DNA from: a virus
Virus record (IMG/VR): IMGVR_UViG_3300035099_000047
Location: 108,228 to 172,227 of that record
Direction: 5' to 3' (one strand)
Length of the DNA: 64,000 nt
In this document: positions 8,696-17,758 of the stretch, piece by piece
Layout: each line of letters begins with the position of its first letter
Position numbering within the stretch: the stretch's first letter is position 1
Translations under genes and position numbers: made by a program
Notes under the pieces: generated by a model
What the model was told of the DNA's origin: nothing
Seen by the model: the letters and a program-made list of their open reading frames with translations, nothing else
Database searches by the model: none

Positions 8696-10258
8696 TTACT
8701 TGACTTTTCTAACCAGGCTCTCCATCAAATTGGTCGGCTTGGCAACACCCGCACGGGCTGGTCTCGCTGAGGAGCCTCTGGCTTCAGTCAGCGGGGGCAG
8801 GTCGGAGGGGTAGTCCTTGCGACCACTCATAATCGGCTGGATGAAACCTTCAACCAGCTGTTTGACTTGCTTAACCGTATGGCACTCACTCAATTGTTTC
8901 TCAATGGGCTTGAGAGCAGGGGCGTGGTTCATTAACGACTCCACGTATTGGGCCACCTGTTCACCTCGGTATCGCTTTACAGTGGCTTCTAACAGCTTCA
9001 AGCTGGCCTCAGCCCGCTTAAAAGCTTCAGCCAATTGACCCCTGAGCTGTTTAATAGTGCGCTCGGCCATTCGCTTGTTGGCCCTGCTCTTGGTCACCAG
9101 TGTCTCACCCAACTGAATGGCCACGTGATACCTTTCCTGCAGTGATCGGTCGCGGCGGTAGGCGCGCTCCATCACCCGAGCAGCTGCATCATCAGTTGGG
9201 GTGATGTCTTCCTTTTTCTCTTTTTCCTTTTTGGCTTTTTCCTCAGCCGCAATGCATTCCTCAGCTTCACGCATCCGGCGAATAGCTCGTGTGATTTCTT
9301 CTCCACGATTGGTCAGCTGACCCCGCAAGTGGGCCACATCCGAACTAAACTCACTTTCGGTAATGGAGCCCAACCCGGCCAACGTGTCATTGACCTTTTG
9401 AGCGTGCTCCAATAGCCCTTCCAATGTGATGTCCTTACCTCCCAGGTATTGACCTGAACTCTCCACAACCACTCGGGCCCGCGCAGTGCGGTCCGAAGAC
9501 TCTTTCAATTGAACCGGTGTAGTCATTGTCTTGTTCTCCAAAATGGGTACCAGAAATATCCTCGATCCGTTGTTGGTTTGTAGGCTTTCCACAGGGCGAG
9601 TTGTTGCTCCCATTACGCTTGGGATGTAAACGTGATCAAACGTGTCTAACACATAGTCGCTAGCCTCTACGATTTCGTCTCCGTTCTCGTTACGAGTGCT
9701 ACCAGAACCTCGGCTACTCACCGCAACAGGCACTCCAACGTCAAAATACTCCCTCAAAATTTGACCAGCTGGAGTATTGAAAATCAGATGGGTCACATAA
9801 ATCTTACCATCCTTGCGTTGAACATCTTCTACCAAGTGGCTTAGCCCCAAGTTGTTATGTCCGTGCAACTTGGTGTTGCCACTTTCAGGGTGCTCCAACT
9901 CCCCCAACACACTACGTTCCCGCAACCTGCGACGAAAGGTTCCATCCTCAGACAACACCCGATCCCACAAGGTTGAGGGATAAATGCGGCCATTCTGATT
10001 CTTGAGATTTTCCACTTGGCCTGGACCCGTCACCCGCAGCCGTTTGTTATGGCTCAATAGCTCTTGCAGGATCTGATCCTTGCTACCCCGCCAGTGTTCA
10101 ATCAGCTGTTCATTTTTCTCCTGCTCCAACAGCCGATTAAATTCCTCCCAACGGGGCATCAACACACTTTCCTTCAAACCCTCCGAAGTGACCCACTCCT
10201 TTTGCCACTGGTCTGGGGGTACTGTCATTGTTTCTATTAGCAATTTTCGTTCAGCCAT
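8696..10258 (-). CDS. gp21: Prohead core protease (gp21 family) fused to a long coiled-coil, scaffold-like C-terminus
   Basis: KNQNGRIYP, LGELEHP, SH, NTPAGQIL, VSSRGSGS, DTFDHVYIPS; about 290 helical residues follow. Confidence 0.9.
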   Translation of the reverse strand: MAERKLLIETMTVPPDQWQKEWVTSEGLKESVLMPRWEEFNRLLEQEKNEQLIEHWRGSKDQILQELLSHNKRLRVTGPGQVENLKNQNGRIYPSTLWDRVLSEDGTFRRRLRERSVLGELEHPESGNTKLHGHNNLGLSHLVEDVQRKDGKIYVTHLIFNTPAGQILREYFDVGVPVAVSSRGSGSTRNENGDEIVEASDYVLDTFDHVYIPSVMGATTRPVESLQTNNGSRIFLVPILENKTMTTPVQLKESSDRTARARVVVESSGQYLGGKDITLEGLLEHAQKVNDTLAGLGSITESEFSSDVAHLRGQLTNRGEEITRAIRRMREAEECIAAEEKAKKEKEKKEDITPTDDAAARVMERAYRRDRSLQERYHVAIQLGETLVTKSRANKRMAERTIKQLRGQLAEAFKRAEASLKLLEATVKRYRGEQVAQYVESLMNHAPALKPIEKQLSECHTVKQVKQLVEGFIQPIMSGRKDYPSDLPPLTEARGSSARPARAGVAKPTNLMESLVRKVK

Positions 10259-10548
10259 TTGTTATCCTCCGAACGAAGGCCCCAACTTGAAGGTCCAGTT
10301 GGTTTGTCTACTGTGTAAGTGTGTTTCATCCATATGTGATACTTTTCCAACAGTTTCATCAACAATTCAAACTTGCCACGAGGTATAAACACCTCTCTGG
10401 CTGGCATTTCCGGGTGCACTCCCGTATTACGAATCAGGACACCAGATTTATAATCATGACTGGGCAAGTACAATTCCAATCCACCCTCGCGGGCGATCAA
10501 ATGATGCTCGTTTAACAATTGCTCAGCGGCTTCTTCAAAACAGTTCAT
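10237..10548 (-). CDS. Hypothetical protein, tagged
   Basis: MNCFEEAAEQLLNE. Confidence 0.6.
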   Translation of the reverse strand: MNCFEEAAEQLLNEHHLIAREGGLELYLPSHDYKSGVLIRNTGVHPEMPAREVFIPRGKFELLMKLLEKYHIWMKHTYTVDKPTGPSSWGLRSEDNKWLNENC

Positions 10549-10864
10549 TCGTACCTAGAACCCAGGTGTACTGATCCAATGGCCCCACCAAATAACTAGT
10601 GTCTTCTGGCAAAGGTTCAATTGAGTAATTGTAACCACTCCTCAAATCAACTCGGATTGCATACGTATTCCATACTCGATCAAGTATCCTGTCAATCACG
10701 TGGGGCAACAGCTTCCAACACCTCAGCAGGCAACGGGCCTCATCCAACGTGACCAGGTAAGTATCTCCATTTGGATAACAAAGGGTCAAATCAACTTCAC
10801 GAACCCCACGGTAAATGTCAAGGGTACGCAGCTGCGGAATGTACGGTGGAGTTAGCTTGGGCAT
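10535..10864 (-). CDS. Hypothetical protein
   Basis: 109-aa ORF coupled to its neighbours. Confidence 0.55.
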   Translation of the reverse strand: MPKLTPPYIPQLRTLDIYRGVREVDLTLCYPNGDTYLVTLDEARCLLRCWKLLPHVIDRILDRVWNTYAIRVDLRSGYNYSIEPLPEDTSYLVGPLDQYTWVLGTNELF

Positions 10865-11262
10865 CAGTCTTTCTTCCCGCCACCAAATATGCGCTTTTTG
10901 AGTTCCGCTTTGCTGAGTCCAGGAAACATGTGGCTGATGTGTTCCAACGTTTCTTCCTGCTCTTCCTTGCTAAATTCAATACCTTCCAATGGGGGAGTGA
11001 GCCATGGTAACGGTACGGTATCCACATCAGCCGTGGTCGTGGCTTCTTGCACACGTTCCAAGCTCTCACTCTTCCGCTTTTTCCTACGAGATTTATAGCC
11101 TTTGCTGCGCATCCACCACGCTAAAGCCCAAGGGTTATCAATTTCCCTGTGCCTTTTCATCCCTTTGACGGTTCCTTCCCAACCAGGTGGAGCCACCTCC
11201 ACAATCTGAACACCCTCACCAATCAACCGCTGGGCCACAGCATCAAAATCGGCTTTGTCCAT
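10864..11262 (-). CDS. Small basic phage protein (APPGWEGTVK..K...IDNPWALAWWM), tagged
   Basis: Start MDKADFDAVAQRLIGE follows GGAG. Confidence 0.6.
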   Translation of the reverse strand: MDKADFDAVAQRLIGEGVQIVEVAPPGWEGTVKGMKRHREIDNPWALAWWMRSKGYKSRRKKRKSESLERVQEATTTADVDTVPLPWLTPPLEGIEFSKEEQEETLEHISHMFPGLSKAELKKRIFGGGKKD

Positions 11263-11266
11263 ACCA

Positions 11267-11539
11267 TCAGCTCCTCTGGTAAATACCAGTATGGAATGCA
11301 CCCATGCCACTCTTACCTTTCTGAACAAGAGCCACTGCTTGCTCCAACTCGTCATCCGTCATCATCGACATCGCAGCGGAGTCAAAACCCTTCGACCTCA
11401 AAAACTCAACTGATCGCTTGCGTTGCCGCATAGCAGGAGACAGTTGACCCGGTGCTTGTGGCCCCGAGGCACGTTGCCCAGGAGGTGAACCTTGACCCTG
11501 ATTACTAAGTTGATTCACGGCTTCTTCAAAAGATCCCAT
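11267..11539 (-). CDS. Hypothetical protein, tagged
   Basis: MGSFEEAVNQLS. Confidence 0.6.
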   Translation of the reverse strand: MGSFEEAVNQLSNQGQGSPPGQRASGPQAPGQLSPAMRQRKRSVEFLRSKGFDSAAMSMMTDDELEQAVALVQKGKSGMGAFHTGIYQRS

Positions 11540-11582
11540 AAGTCACCTTCACAAACAGTTAGACAGACCCGCAACTAACCCC

Positions 11583-12041
11583 TTACCAACCACTCAAGGA
11601 CCACAGGAACTGTCGAACTTCCTCAGATTTCAACGCCCTATCATGGAGGTCAACCACTATTTTCAAATCCGGTGTAGCCTGAAGGTAGGGTTTACCATTT
11701 TTCAACACCACGTATATCACACCATAATGTTTAAGGTACGTATTAGCGTATTTCTCATCTCTGGTATCCCAATAAGTTCGCCTGCCTATCGTCGCCAAGC
11801 TCTCTGGATCAGTTACGTGTAAAAACACGTAGGGGCCCTTTTGCCTTTCCACCTTTACCCCGGGCAGAGTGGTCAAATCCTCTCTAGGAGCACCACGCCT
11901 TGGCAATCTTCTCGGCATGTTTTCTGGCTCATCAAGGGCTGGGCTGCTTTCAAATTCATCTTCAAACTCCGCGGGCTCAGGGGGTTCAAAAAACGGACCT
12001 GTTTCTAACAAACGGTCAACAGCTTGTTCAAAAATGTCCAT
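11583..12041 (-). CDS. Family C (PcfJ-like) fragment protein, tagged
   Basis: MDIFEQAVDRLLE; GPYVFLHVTDPESL...YGVIYVVLKNGKPYLQ. Confidence 0.65.
   Translation of the reverse strand: MDIFEQAVDRLLETGPFFEPPEPAEFEDEFESSPALDEPENMPRRLPRRGAPREDLTTLPGVKVERQKGPYVFLHVTDPESLATIGRRTYWDTRDEKYANTYLKHYGVIYVVLKNGKPYLQATPDLKIVVDLHDRALKSEEVRQFLWSLSGW
11922..11984. repeat. 63-bp segment duplicated at 15234-15296
   Basis: 57/63 nt identical by hand count; encodes PPEPAEFEDEFES[S/N]PALDEPE in two different ORFs. Confidence 0.9.
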
Positions 12042-12075
12042 GTCTATCTCCTTGGACTAGTTGAGCAAATGGTAG

Positions 12076-12106
12076 AACCACCTAGCCTGGATCGGGCTAG
12101 GTGGTT
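12076..12106. terminator. Intergenic hairpin
   Basis: 12-bp inverted repeat AACCACCTAGCC / GGCTAGGTGGTT. Confidence 0.5.
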
Positions 12107-12115
12107 AAAAATTCA

Positions 12116-12490
12116 TTATCGTTTCAAGCTATCACTTTCATCTACCAGCTCAATCTGGCCTTGGGTTTCTCCACCCACAGTCACTGCCTGAATGCGTACC
12201 AAAGTCTCGAGGCCCTGAATGTAACCACTCAAAACCGCTTGGCTGTGAGCTTTAACCGACGAGACTGTAGCCCGCGTGGTCCAAGCACCCACTTTAGTGT
12301 CTGGGTCCACTGAATACCCATCCAAAGTAATCGTAACCGGGTTTTCCCCAGTGTTGTAAATTAGCCCCTTAAACACCCGGGGGCCAACATCCACCTTCAA
12401 GTCATAGGCTTTGGCATTGCCTTGATAAATGGTGCTGATACTGGTCCCGGCACTGAAACGAATCGTTCTCGAAATCAGAGTCCCCATCAC
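12116..12490 (-). CDS. Beta-rich small protein, possible virion decoration
   Basis: 124-aa ORF with alternating hydrophobic strands. Confidence 0.5.
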   Translation of the reverse strand: MMGTLISRTIRFSAGTSISTIYQGNAKAYDLKVDVGPRVFKGLIYNTGENPVTITLDGYSVDPDTKVGAWTTRATVSSVKAHSQAVLSGYIQGLETLVRIQAVTVGGETQGQIELVDESDSLKR

Positions 12491-12762
12491 AATTCTCCTT
12501 CAATTAAAACAGAAACCAACTTGTTTAACATCACCTGATGTTCATACAGGTTAGCTGACTGAGCCACGAGCCCAGCCAACCGGTGAACTGGCTTGTTACT
12601 GTCAGGTTTGATCTGACCCGCTTCATACACACCAATAGCGTTCAACAGTATTCGACCTTCTGGACCCAATTGTTTGGCATAGCACTTGGCTTCTTGGAGT
12701 CCTTTGACACGAACTATCTCCAAAAACTCAGCAATCGTCGGCAATGACTTGAGTTCAACCAT
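12487..12762 (-). CDS. Hypothetical protein
   Basis: 91-aa coupled ORF. Confidence 0.55.
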   Translation of the reverse strand: MVELKSLPTIAEFLEIVRVKGLQEAKCYAKQLGPEGRILLNAIGVYEAGQIKPDSNKPVHRLAGLVAQSANLYEHQVMLNKLVSVLIEGEL

Positions 12763-12765
12763 TTG

Positions 12766-13170
12766 TTAGTGCCACCAAACTTTTGCAGTTCCAACTAAGG
12801 GGGTGGCCATCTGACACTCTGGAAGAGGGGCAAAACCTACCACGTTGATCCGCACAAACCCCGTGGTCAAGGCGGTACCCAACCGGAACCCAATGAACAC
12901 AGACACTTCATCATTGGACATCAATGGGTCCATTGTGGTTACTACCCGGCCCCCAGAAGACAGGCTAATAGGGCTGTCTGCCCCATAACCAATGATGTAA
13001 TAACCTTGCCTTTCTTGGCACCCCTCAATGTATACCAACGCATCCTCTTCACTATTGTTCTCCAAGAACAATGCAACCCCTGGCACAGCTACTTCCCAAG
13101 GGCCCATCACTATCCGGTGATCTCCCGTTTCACTGGCCAGGATTATGGAGCGTGTTTGCAAGCCTAACAT
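12766..13170 (-). CDS. Beta-rich small protein, possible virion decoration
   Basis: 134-aa ORF. Confidence 0.5.
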   Translation of the reverse strand: MLGLQTRSIILASETGDHRIVMGPWEVAVPGVALFLENNSEEDALVYIEGCQERQGYYIIGYGADSPISLSSGGRVVTTMDPLMSNDEVSVFIGFRLGTALTTGFVRINVVGFAPLPECQMATPLVGTAKVWWH

Positions 13171-13173
13171 TGA

Positions 13174-13566
13174 TTAGTCCTCTTCATCATCAAAGTAACC
13201 AGGTCGGTCCTTAGCCCAAGCCTCAAATGCTTCCCAAGCAGATTGCATTTCTGCTCTGAATTGTTCTTCTAACATAGCCACCATCTCCTCTGGTTTCAAC
13301 GAATCACTATATTCTGGATTGGTCCAATGTTCAAAGGAACTCTTCAGGCGCTCAAATACAATAAGAGACAGGCTCTCCTTTTCCATTGGACCACGAGGGT
13401 TCAAGCTGTTGTCAGGTCTCCCAAGGTGAACCCTCTTGTATTGAGGAGGCGGATGACCAAACTGCTTATAAAAATTATGAAAATGCTTGTAACGAGGATC
13501 ATCAGGATCCATAAACTTTGCTTCTGCTACTATCTTATTTACAGCCTGTTCAAACCGGTCCATCAC
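13174..13566 (-). CDS. Hypothetical protein, tagged
   Basis: MDRFEQAVNKIVAE. Confidence 0.65.
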   Translation of the reverse strand: MMDRFEQAVNKIVAEAKFMDPDDPRYKHFHNFYKQFGHPPPQYKRVHLGRPDNSLNPRGPMEKESLSLIVFERLKSSFEHWTNPEYSDSLKPEEMVAMLEEQFRAEMQSAWEAFEAWAKDRPGYFDDEED

Positions 13567-14981
13567 CCAATCTCCAACAGGCGATCAATCAACTTATTGG
13601 CCTCGACCTCTAATGATTCCATTCCCCGCCTGCGCCGAAAGTATGCTGGCACACCTGGACCTTCAGGCTCCTCTTCCTCCATGCCTTCCGGTTCTTCAGG
13701 TTCCTCTCCACCTCCGGGCTCTTCCTCTTCACCTTCCTCAGGCTCTTCTGGTCCGTACTCACCCCAATCCTCTTCGCCCTCTTCGGGCTCTTCCTCACCC
13801 TCTTCAGGCGCAGGGATCTCAGCCCCGAACTCCTCACCTTCTTCGCCTTCTTCCCCCTCTTCACCAGGAGGTGGACCTTGACCGGGCACACTTACCAATT
13901 GACCCCCACCCCCAGGCAGACCGGTAGCCGGATTGATGCCTTGCATACCACCACCGCTCATGCCTCTTCCTCCACCGGCCCCGCCTGCAGCAGCCTGGGG
14001 TTCACCTGGGGATTGACCGGGCTGACCTGGCTGACCAGGCTGACCCGGTTGAGGCAGTCCCTCTGGCCCGTAGCCCGGTCCACCCGTACCCAACACATCA
14101 ATCTCTTGCTCCGTACTCAAAAACACCCAACAACCATCCTCAGGCCTTTGAATAACTTGGGCTCCAGGCATGATTTGACGAAAGCTGGCCAACAACCTCC
14201 CCGCTTTGTCTTCACCCATGCTGGGGTCAAAGAACACCAGAATGGCATCCAGATCTTGCTCAATTGACGCCGTCAAATAATAGTCCAACAAGTCCAACAC
14301 ATTGATACGCAATACCAAAGCGTTGAAGAACTCGTCCATAGATGGCCGGTACTTCAATGGTTGATTGTACGCCGCTGCCGTGGGATCGAGCAATCCAACC
14401 CCTTCTTGCATACGGGCTGTACCTTTTATCAGCCGGTCCACTAATTGTTCCACTGTAGGTGAAACACGGTTGATACGAGCAATCAAATAATCCAACGCTT
14501 GGTCAAAAGCTAGCCTCGAAGCTCGTGTCACATCGTCCAAAGCTATACCATACCATTTATGAATCGCCCTTTTAGCCTTTGCCCAATCCACTCCATAACT
14601 CTTTTCCCCAGTGAGCACAGCAACCTGTGCTTTCAAAGTCTCCAATTCTTCTGGATCCAATGCAACCCTTTTTTGCAAACTTTCTACTGGGCTACCACGC
14701 TCCACCGGTCGTGGAGGACTGGGATTAACTTGTTCTGGGGCTGGACGGGCTTCAGGCGGACGGCTTTCGTCTGGAGGGCTTTGCTTAGCTTGTTTAGCTT
14801 GCAACAGCTTTTCCTTGACCCGATGAGCCAAATCACTTTTCAAAAAGTCCTCAGCTGGTTGCAACCGACTCAACCGGTCCCGGCTCACAATAGCTGCTCG
14901 TTCCGGTCCCTCATCCCGCATGGGTGTGGGATCCGGTACCGGGGCCTCAGACAACAGGTGTTCGATGAGCTGGTTAATCAC
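13563..14981 (-). CDS. Acidic Gly/Pro/Glu-rich protein, putative prohead core/internal protein; tag at N-terminus, internally and at C-terminus
   Basis: MINQLIEHLLSE; TVEQLVDRLIKG; MES-LEVEANKLIDRLLEIG; PGQ and EEG repeats. Confidence 0.6.
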   Translation of the reverse strand: MINQLIEHLLSEAPVPDPTPMRDEGPERAAIVSRDRLSRLQPAEDFLKSDLAHRVKEKLLQAKQAKQSPPDESRPPEARPAPEQVNPSPPRPVERGSPVESLQKRVALDPEELETLKAQVAVLTGEKSYGVDWAKAKRAIHKWYGIALDDVTRASRLAFDQALDYLIARINRVSPTVEQLVDRLIKGTARMQEGVGLLDPTAAAYNQPLKYRPSMDEFFNALVLRINVLDLLDYYLTASIEQDLDAILVFFDPSMGEDKAGRLLASFRQIMPGAQVIQRPEDGCWVFLSTEQEIDVLGTGGPGYGPEGLPQPGQPGQPGQPGQSPGEPQAAAGGAGGGRGMSGGGMQGINPATGLPGGGGQLVSVPGQGPPPGEEGEEGEEGEEFGAEIPAPEEGEEEPEEGEEDWGEYGPEEPEEGEEEEPGGGEEPEEPEGMEEEEPEGPGVPAYFRRRRGMESLEVEANKLIDRLLEIG

Positions 14982-14987
14982 AGCACC

Positions 14988-15431
14988 TTAATCCTTCCAA
15001 GGTTCTTCTTCATACAGATCAACATTAAGCAATTTCATCAATCTGGAGATCTTACCATAGTCTTTTGGTGAGTAGTAAAAAGTGTGCATACCATGAGAAT
15101 ACTCATATTTGTAACCCACATGATTGATCTGAAATGCCGTAGCTATCATTTGGGCATTCTTGCTACTTCCCACTCCGACATAACCCGGATCCAAAGCAAA
15201 CCTCTTAGGCAACTTGTCTGGAGTTGGTTCAGTCTCTGGCTCGTCAAGAGCTGGGTTGCTTTCAAATTCATCTTCAAACTCCGCGGGTTCAGGAGGTAAC
15301 GACCTCAAAGGTTGGTCTGGATCACGCCCAGGATAGCGCTTTCCTCCACTACCCCAACCCTCCATCTGTTCATCTATTGATTCATCCAATAGATGATGAA
15401 GAACTTTTTCAAACGGTCCCACTGTTACCAC
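14988..15431 (-). CDS. Hypothetical protein, tagged
   Basis: VGPFEKVLHHLLDE; carries the duplicated 63-bp module. Confidence 0.65.
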   Translation of the reverse strand: MVTVGPFEKVLHHLLDESIDEQMEGWGSGGKRYPGRDPDQPLRSLPPEPAEFEDEFESNPALDEPETEPTPDKLPKRFALDPGYVGVGSSKNAQMIATAFQINHVGYKYEYSHGMHTFYYSPKDYGKISRLMKLLNVDLYEEEPWKD

Positions 15432-15655
15432 CCTTGAGATTCAGCTTCCAACCGATCTAACCACTCCTCAGCTTCGGCTTTGCTTGCAAAAGTAGCATAG
15501 CAAAAACCACTTTCTTCCCCAAACACTCCCCAAGCTGCTGTATCAAAATCCCATTCCACGTACATTTCCTCACGGTATTTGGGATGGTCTGGATACTTGG
15601 GATCCATTGTATATTCAACCAACAGATGCTTTACCTGTTGCTCAAATGGTCCCAT
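15425..15655 (-). CDS. Hypothetical protein, tagged
   Basis: MGPFEQQVKHLLVE. Confidence 0.65.
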   Translation of the reverse strand: MGPFEQQVKHLLVEYTMDPKYPDHPKYREEMYVEWDFDTAAWGVFGEESGFCYATFASKAEAEEWLDRLEAESQGW

Positions 15656-15662
15656 ATCATCA

Positions 15663-15947
15663 CTAATCTGGAAAAGCCTTTTTCAACAAATCACGCTGGT
15701 GCTCTTTGGGCAACTCTCGGAAGAATTCCAAAGACTGATTTATGTAAGGGTTGGCCGATCGATATCTCCCTTTCATTACGATTTCCAAAACAAATGCTCT
15801 TTCATTCAAGGCCGAAGTTAAAGCACTAGAAGTACGGTCATAATAGGCCCAAACTCTTTTCAAAGACTCAACAACCCATTCTTCCCAACCCATGATAGGA
15901 TTGTTCCAAATGCTGAGATTTTCGACAGCTTCTTGAAACAAACCCAC
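15663..15947 (-). CDS. Family B small protein, tagged
   Basis: VGLFQEAVENL; WEEWVVESLKRVW; FFRELPKEHQRDLLKKAFP. Confidence 0.7.
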   Translation of the reverse strand: MGLFQEAVENLSIWNNPIMGWEEWVVESLKRVWAYYDRTSSALTSALNERAFVLEIVMKGRYRSANPYINQSLEFFRELPKEHQRDLLKKAFPD

Positions 15948-15949
15948 CT

Positions 15950-16642
15950 TCACCACTCCCAAGCTTTGCGTTCTTCCTCCCTATCCAATATCTCTTCGCC
16001 CCACGCACGCCATATCTCATTGCCAACCAAGCTAGGCACCCGTCGACCTTCTACAGCAGCATAGTTGAACACCAACCCCTCCGTGTGAGGATTCACAGCA
16101 TAGTAAATCTCAATACGGGCATAATCTCCATCCACCACCTGGTCCAAAGTGCCTGCTACATCCGCTGGTATCTGAACATCCGCTTGCATACCCCGCTCTT
16201 CCCACCACACTCCATCTTCATCCCGGTATACATCTATCAAAAACTGATTTTCCAACTTGCCCAGATACCCACACACCAGCTGCTTAGGGTCTTGACCCTC
16301 CAACAACTCATCTACCAAAGCTTTTTCTCTTTGACCACCATCCACCAAACCATTCAAACGCTCCACCAAGTGGCGATACCTATCCACCAAGCTATCGGCC
16401 ACACTTGCGCCGTTGAAGAGCTTGGAGTATATTTGGTCTTGGCACTCGTGAATCCGCTTCAGCGTGCTGCAAAACAAATTGTTGCGAACGTAATCGTTGT
16501 TTGGCCTAATGAGTTGCTTTTCCACTGCAGCCTTCACTACAGCCTCATATACCTCCAAGTCCCGAGACAATTCAGGACGTGGACCCAACTGGGCCAATGC
16601 GTTGCGCCAAACAGGGAGTTGAACCGGTTCAGTCATAATCAA
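15950..16642 (-). CDS. Hypothetical protein with internal tag-like motif
   Basis: 230 aa; EKALVDELLEG. Confidence 0.6.
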   Translation of the reverse strand: MIMTEPVQLPVWRNALAQLGPRPELSRDLEVYEAVVKAAVEKQLIRPNNDYVRNNLFCSTLKRIHECQDQIYSKLFNGASVADSLVDRYRHLVERLNGLVDGGQREKALVDELLEGQDPKQLVCGYLGKLENQFLIDVYRDEDGVWWEERGMQADVQIPADVAGTLDQVVDGDYARIEIYYAVNPHTEGLVFNYAAVEGRRVPSLVGNEIWRAWGEEILDREEERKAWEW

Positions 16643-16949
16643 ACCACTCCGAAGGGATTGCCCTGTTCAATAACGAAACTTGGTGTCCTGGAGGCAACTC
16701 CCGGTAAAGTTGCAAAGCTTCCAAATCGGACGAAATTTTATCCATTTCCATCTTGGTAACCACATCATGAACCACTTTCCTAACTTTTTCAACTTTAGAA
16801 AGTTTATCTGATACGTGGTCCCAAGCATCTCCAACCATTATATCGTCAATGAGGCCCCAAACTTCTTGCAAAGCTCCAATCACTCGATCTTCCCAAAAAA
16901 ATTGTTGGGATTCCGCAAGCTGGTTTACACCTTGTTCAAAACTATTCAT
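16629..16949 (-). CDS. Family B small protein, tagged
   Basis: MNSFEQGVNQLAE; WEDRVIGALQEVW; LYRELPPGHQVSLLNRAIP. Confidence 0.7.
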   Translation of the reverse strand: MNSFEQGVNQLAESQQFFWEDRVIGALQEVWGLIDDIMVGDAWDHVSDKLSKVEKVRKVVHDVVTKMEMDKISSDLEALQLYRELPPGHQVSLLNRAIPSEWFDYD

Positions 16950-16954
16950 ATTCC

Positions 16955-17266
16955 TCACTTGAACAATGGGCTCGCAGAAGCCCTGCGCACATGTTGCACT
17001 GCCCGCCTCAAATGATTTATCACTCGTTGACGTTCAAAGTCCCAAGCAGGCCCTACCTCTGGGTCTCGCATACGGCCAATCCGTTGTACCATCCCTTCAA
17101 TCTCATGCAACAATTCGTGAATATCATCCAACCTCGCTTCTTCAAGCGGTTGTCGAGCGCTAGGGCCCATCAGTTGCTCAACCAAATAGTGAATATCACT
17201 TGTTAATGCTAGCTTGGCCATACTTGGACCAAAACTTTCTGCTCCAAACAAAAACTGCTCCATCAT
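16955..17266 (-). CDS. Hypothetical protein
   Basis: 103 aa; YLVEQLMG tag-like; start uncertain. Confidence 0.5.
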   Translation of the reverse strand: MMEQFLFGAESFGPSMAKLALTSDIHYLVEQLMGPSARQPLEEARLDDIHELLHEIEGMVQRIGRMRDPEVGPAWDFERQRVINHLRRAVQHVRRASASPLFK

Positions 17267-17675
17267 TTATACTACTAGTATCTCGCTCTTTCAACACTCC
17301 AGCGGCACTATCACTAGGCGTCAACTCACCAGGCAGGATCTTGGTACCTGGGGTATCCACAGCAGCAAAATCGCTGCTCATAGCACTTACATCGGTTGGG
17401 GCACCTTGCTCCACCAAGTCATCCACATCTACATTTGAAAACACCACCCTAATAATGGCCGTACCACCATTCACAATGCGCTTGTCCCAGTTGCTTTTGA
17501 TCCCTGTGACTATGGTTTCTATAGGGCTACGATTTCCCGAAATATCCGTCAAAGTCAACTCCGTATACAGTGACGGTTGCTTAACTATGTCCACTCCAAC
17601 CCGCAAGAATCCATAGCCGAGCTCTACCACTCGGTCTATCAACTCACCAGCAACTGGAGTGCTCAAGCGAACCAT
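17196..17675 (-). CDS. Hypothetical, probably structural protein
   Basis: GGAGG RBS before MVRLSTPV. Confidence 0.6.
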   Translation of the reverse strand: MVRLSTPVAGELIDRVVELGYGFLRVGVDIVKQPSLYTELTLTDISGNRSPIETIVTGIKSNWDKRIVNGGTAIIRVVFSNVDVDDLVEQGAPTDVSAMSSDFAAVDTPGTKILPGELTPSDSAAGVLKERDTSSINDGAVFVWSRKFWSKYGQASINK

Positions 17676-17697
17676 TACGAACCTCCAACGGTTCAAG

Positions 17698-17742
17698 CCT
17701 CAGCGCCCCGGTACCCCGCCAGGTAGACCTGAGGCGCTGAGG
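17698..17742. terminator. Intergenic hairpin
   Basis: Inverted repeat CCTCAGCGCC / GGCGCTGAGG. Confidence 0.45.
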
Positions 17743-17758
17743 GAAACCGGAGAACCGC

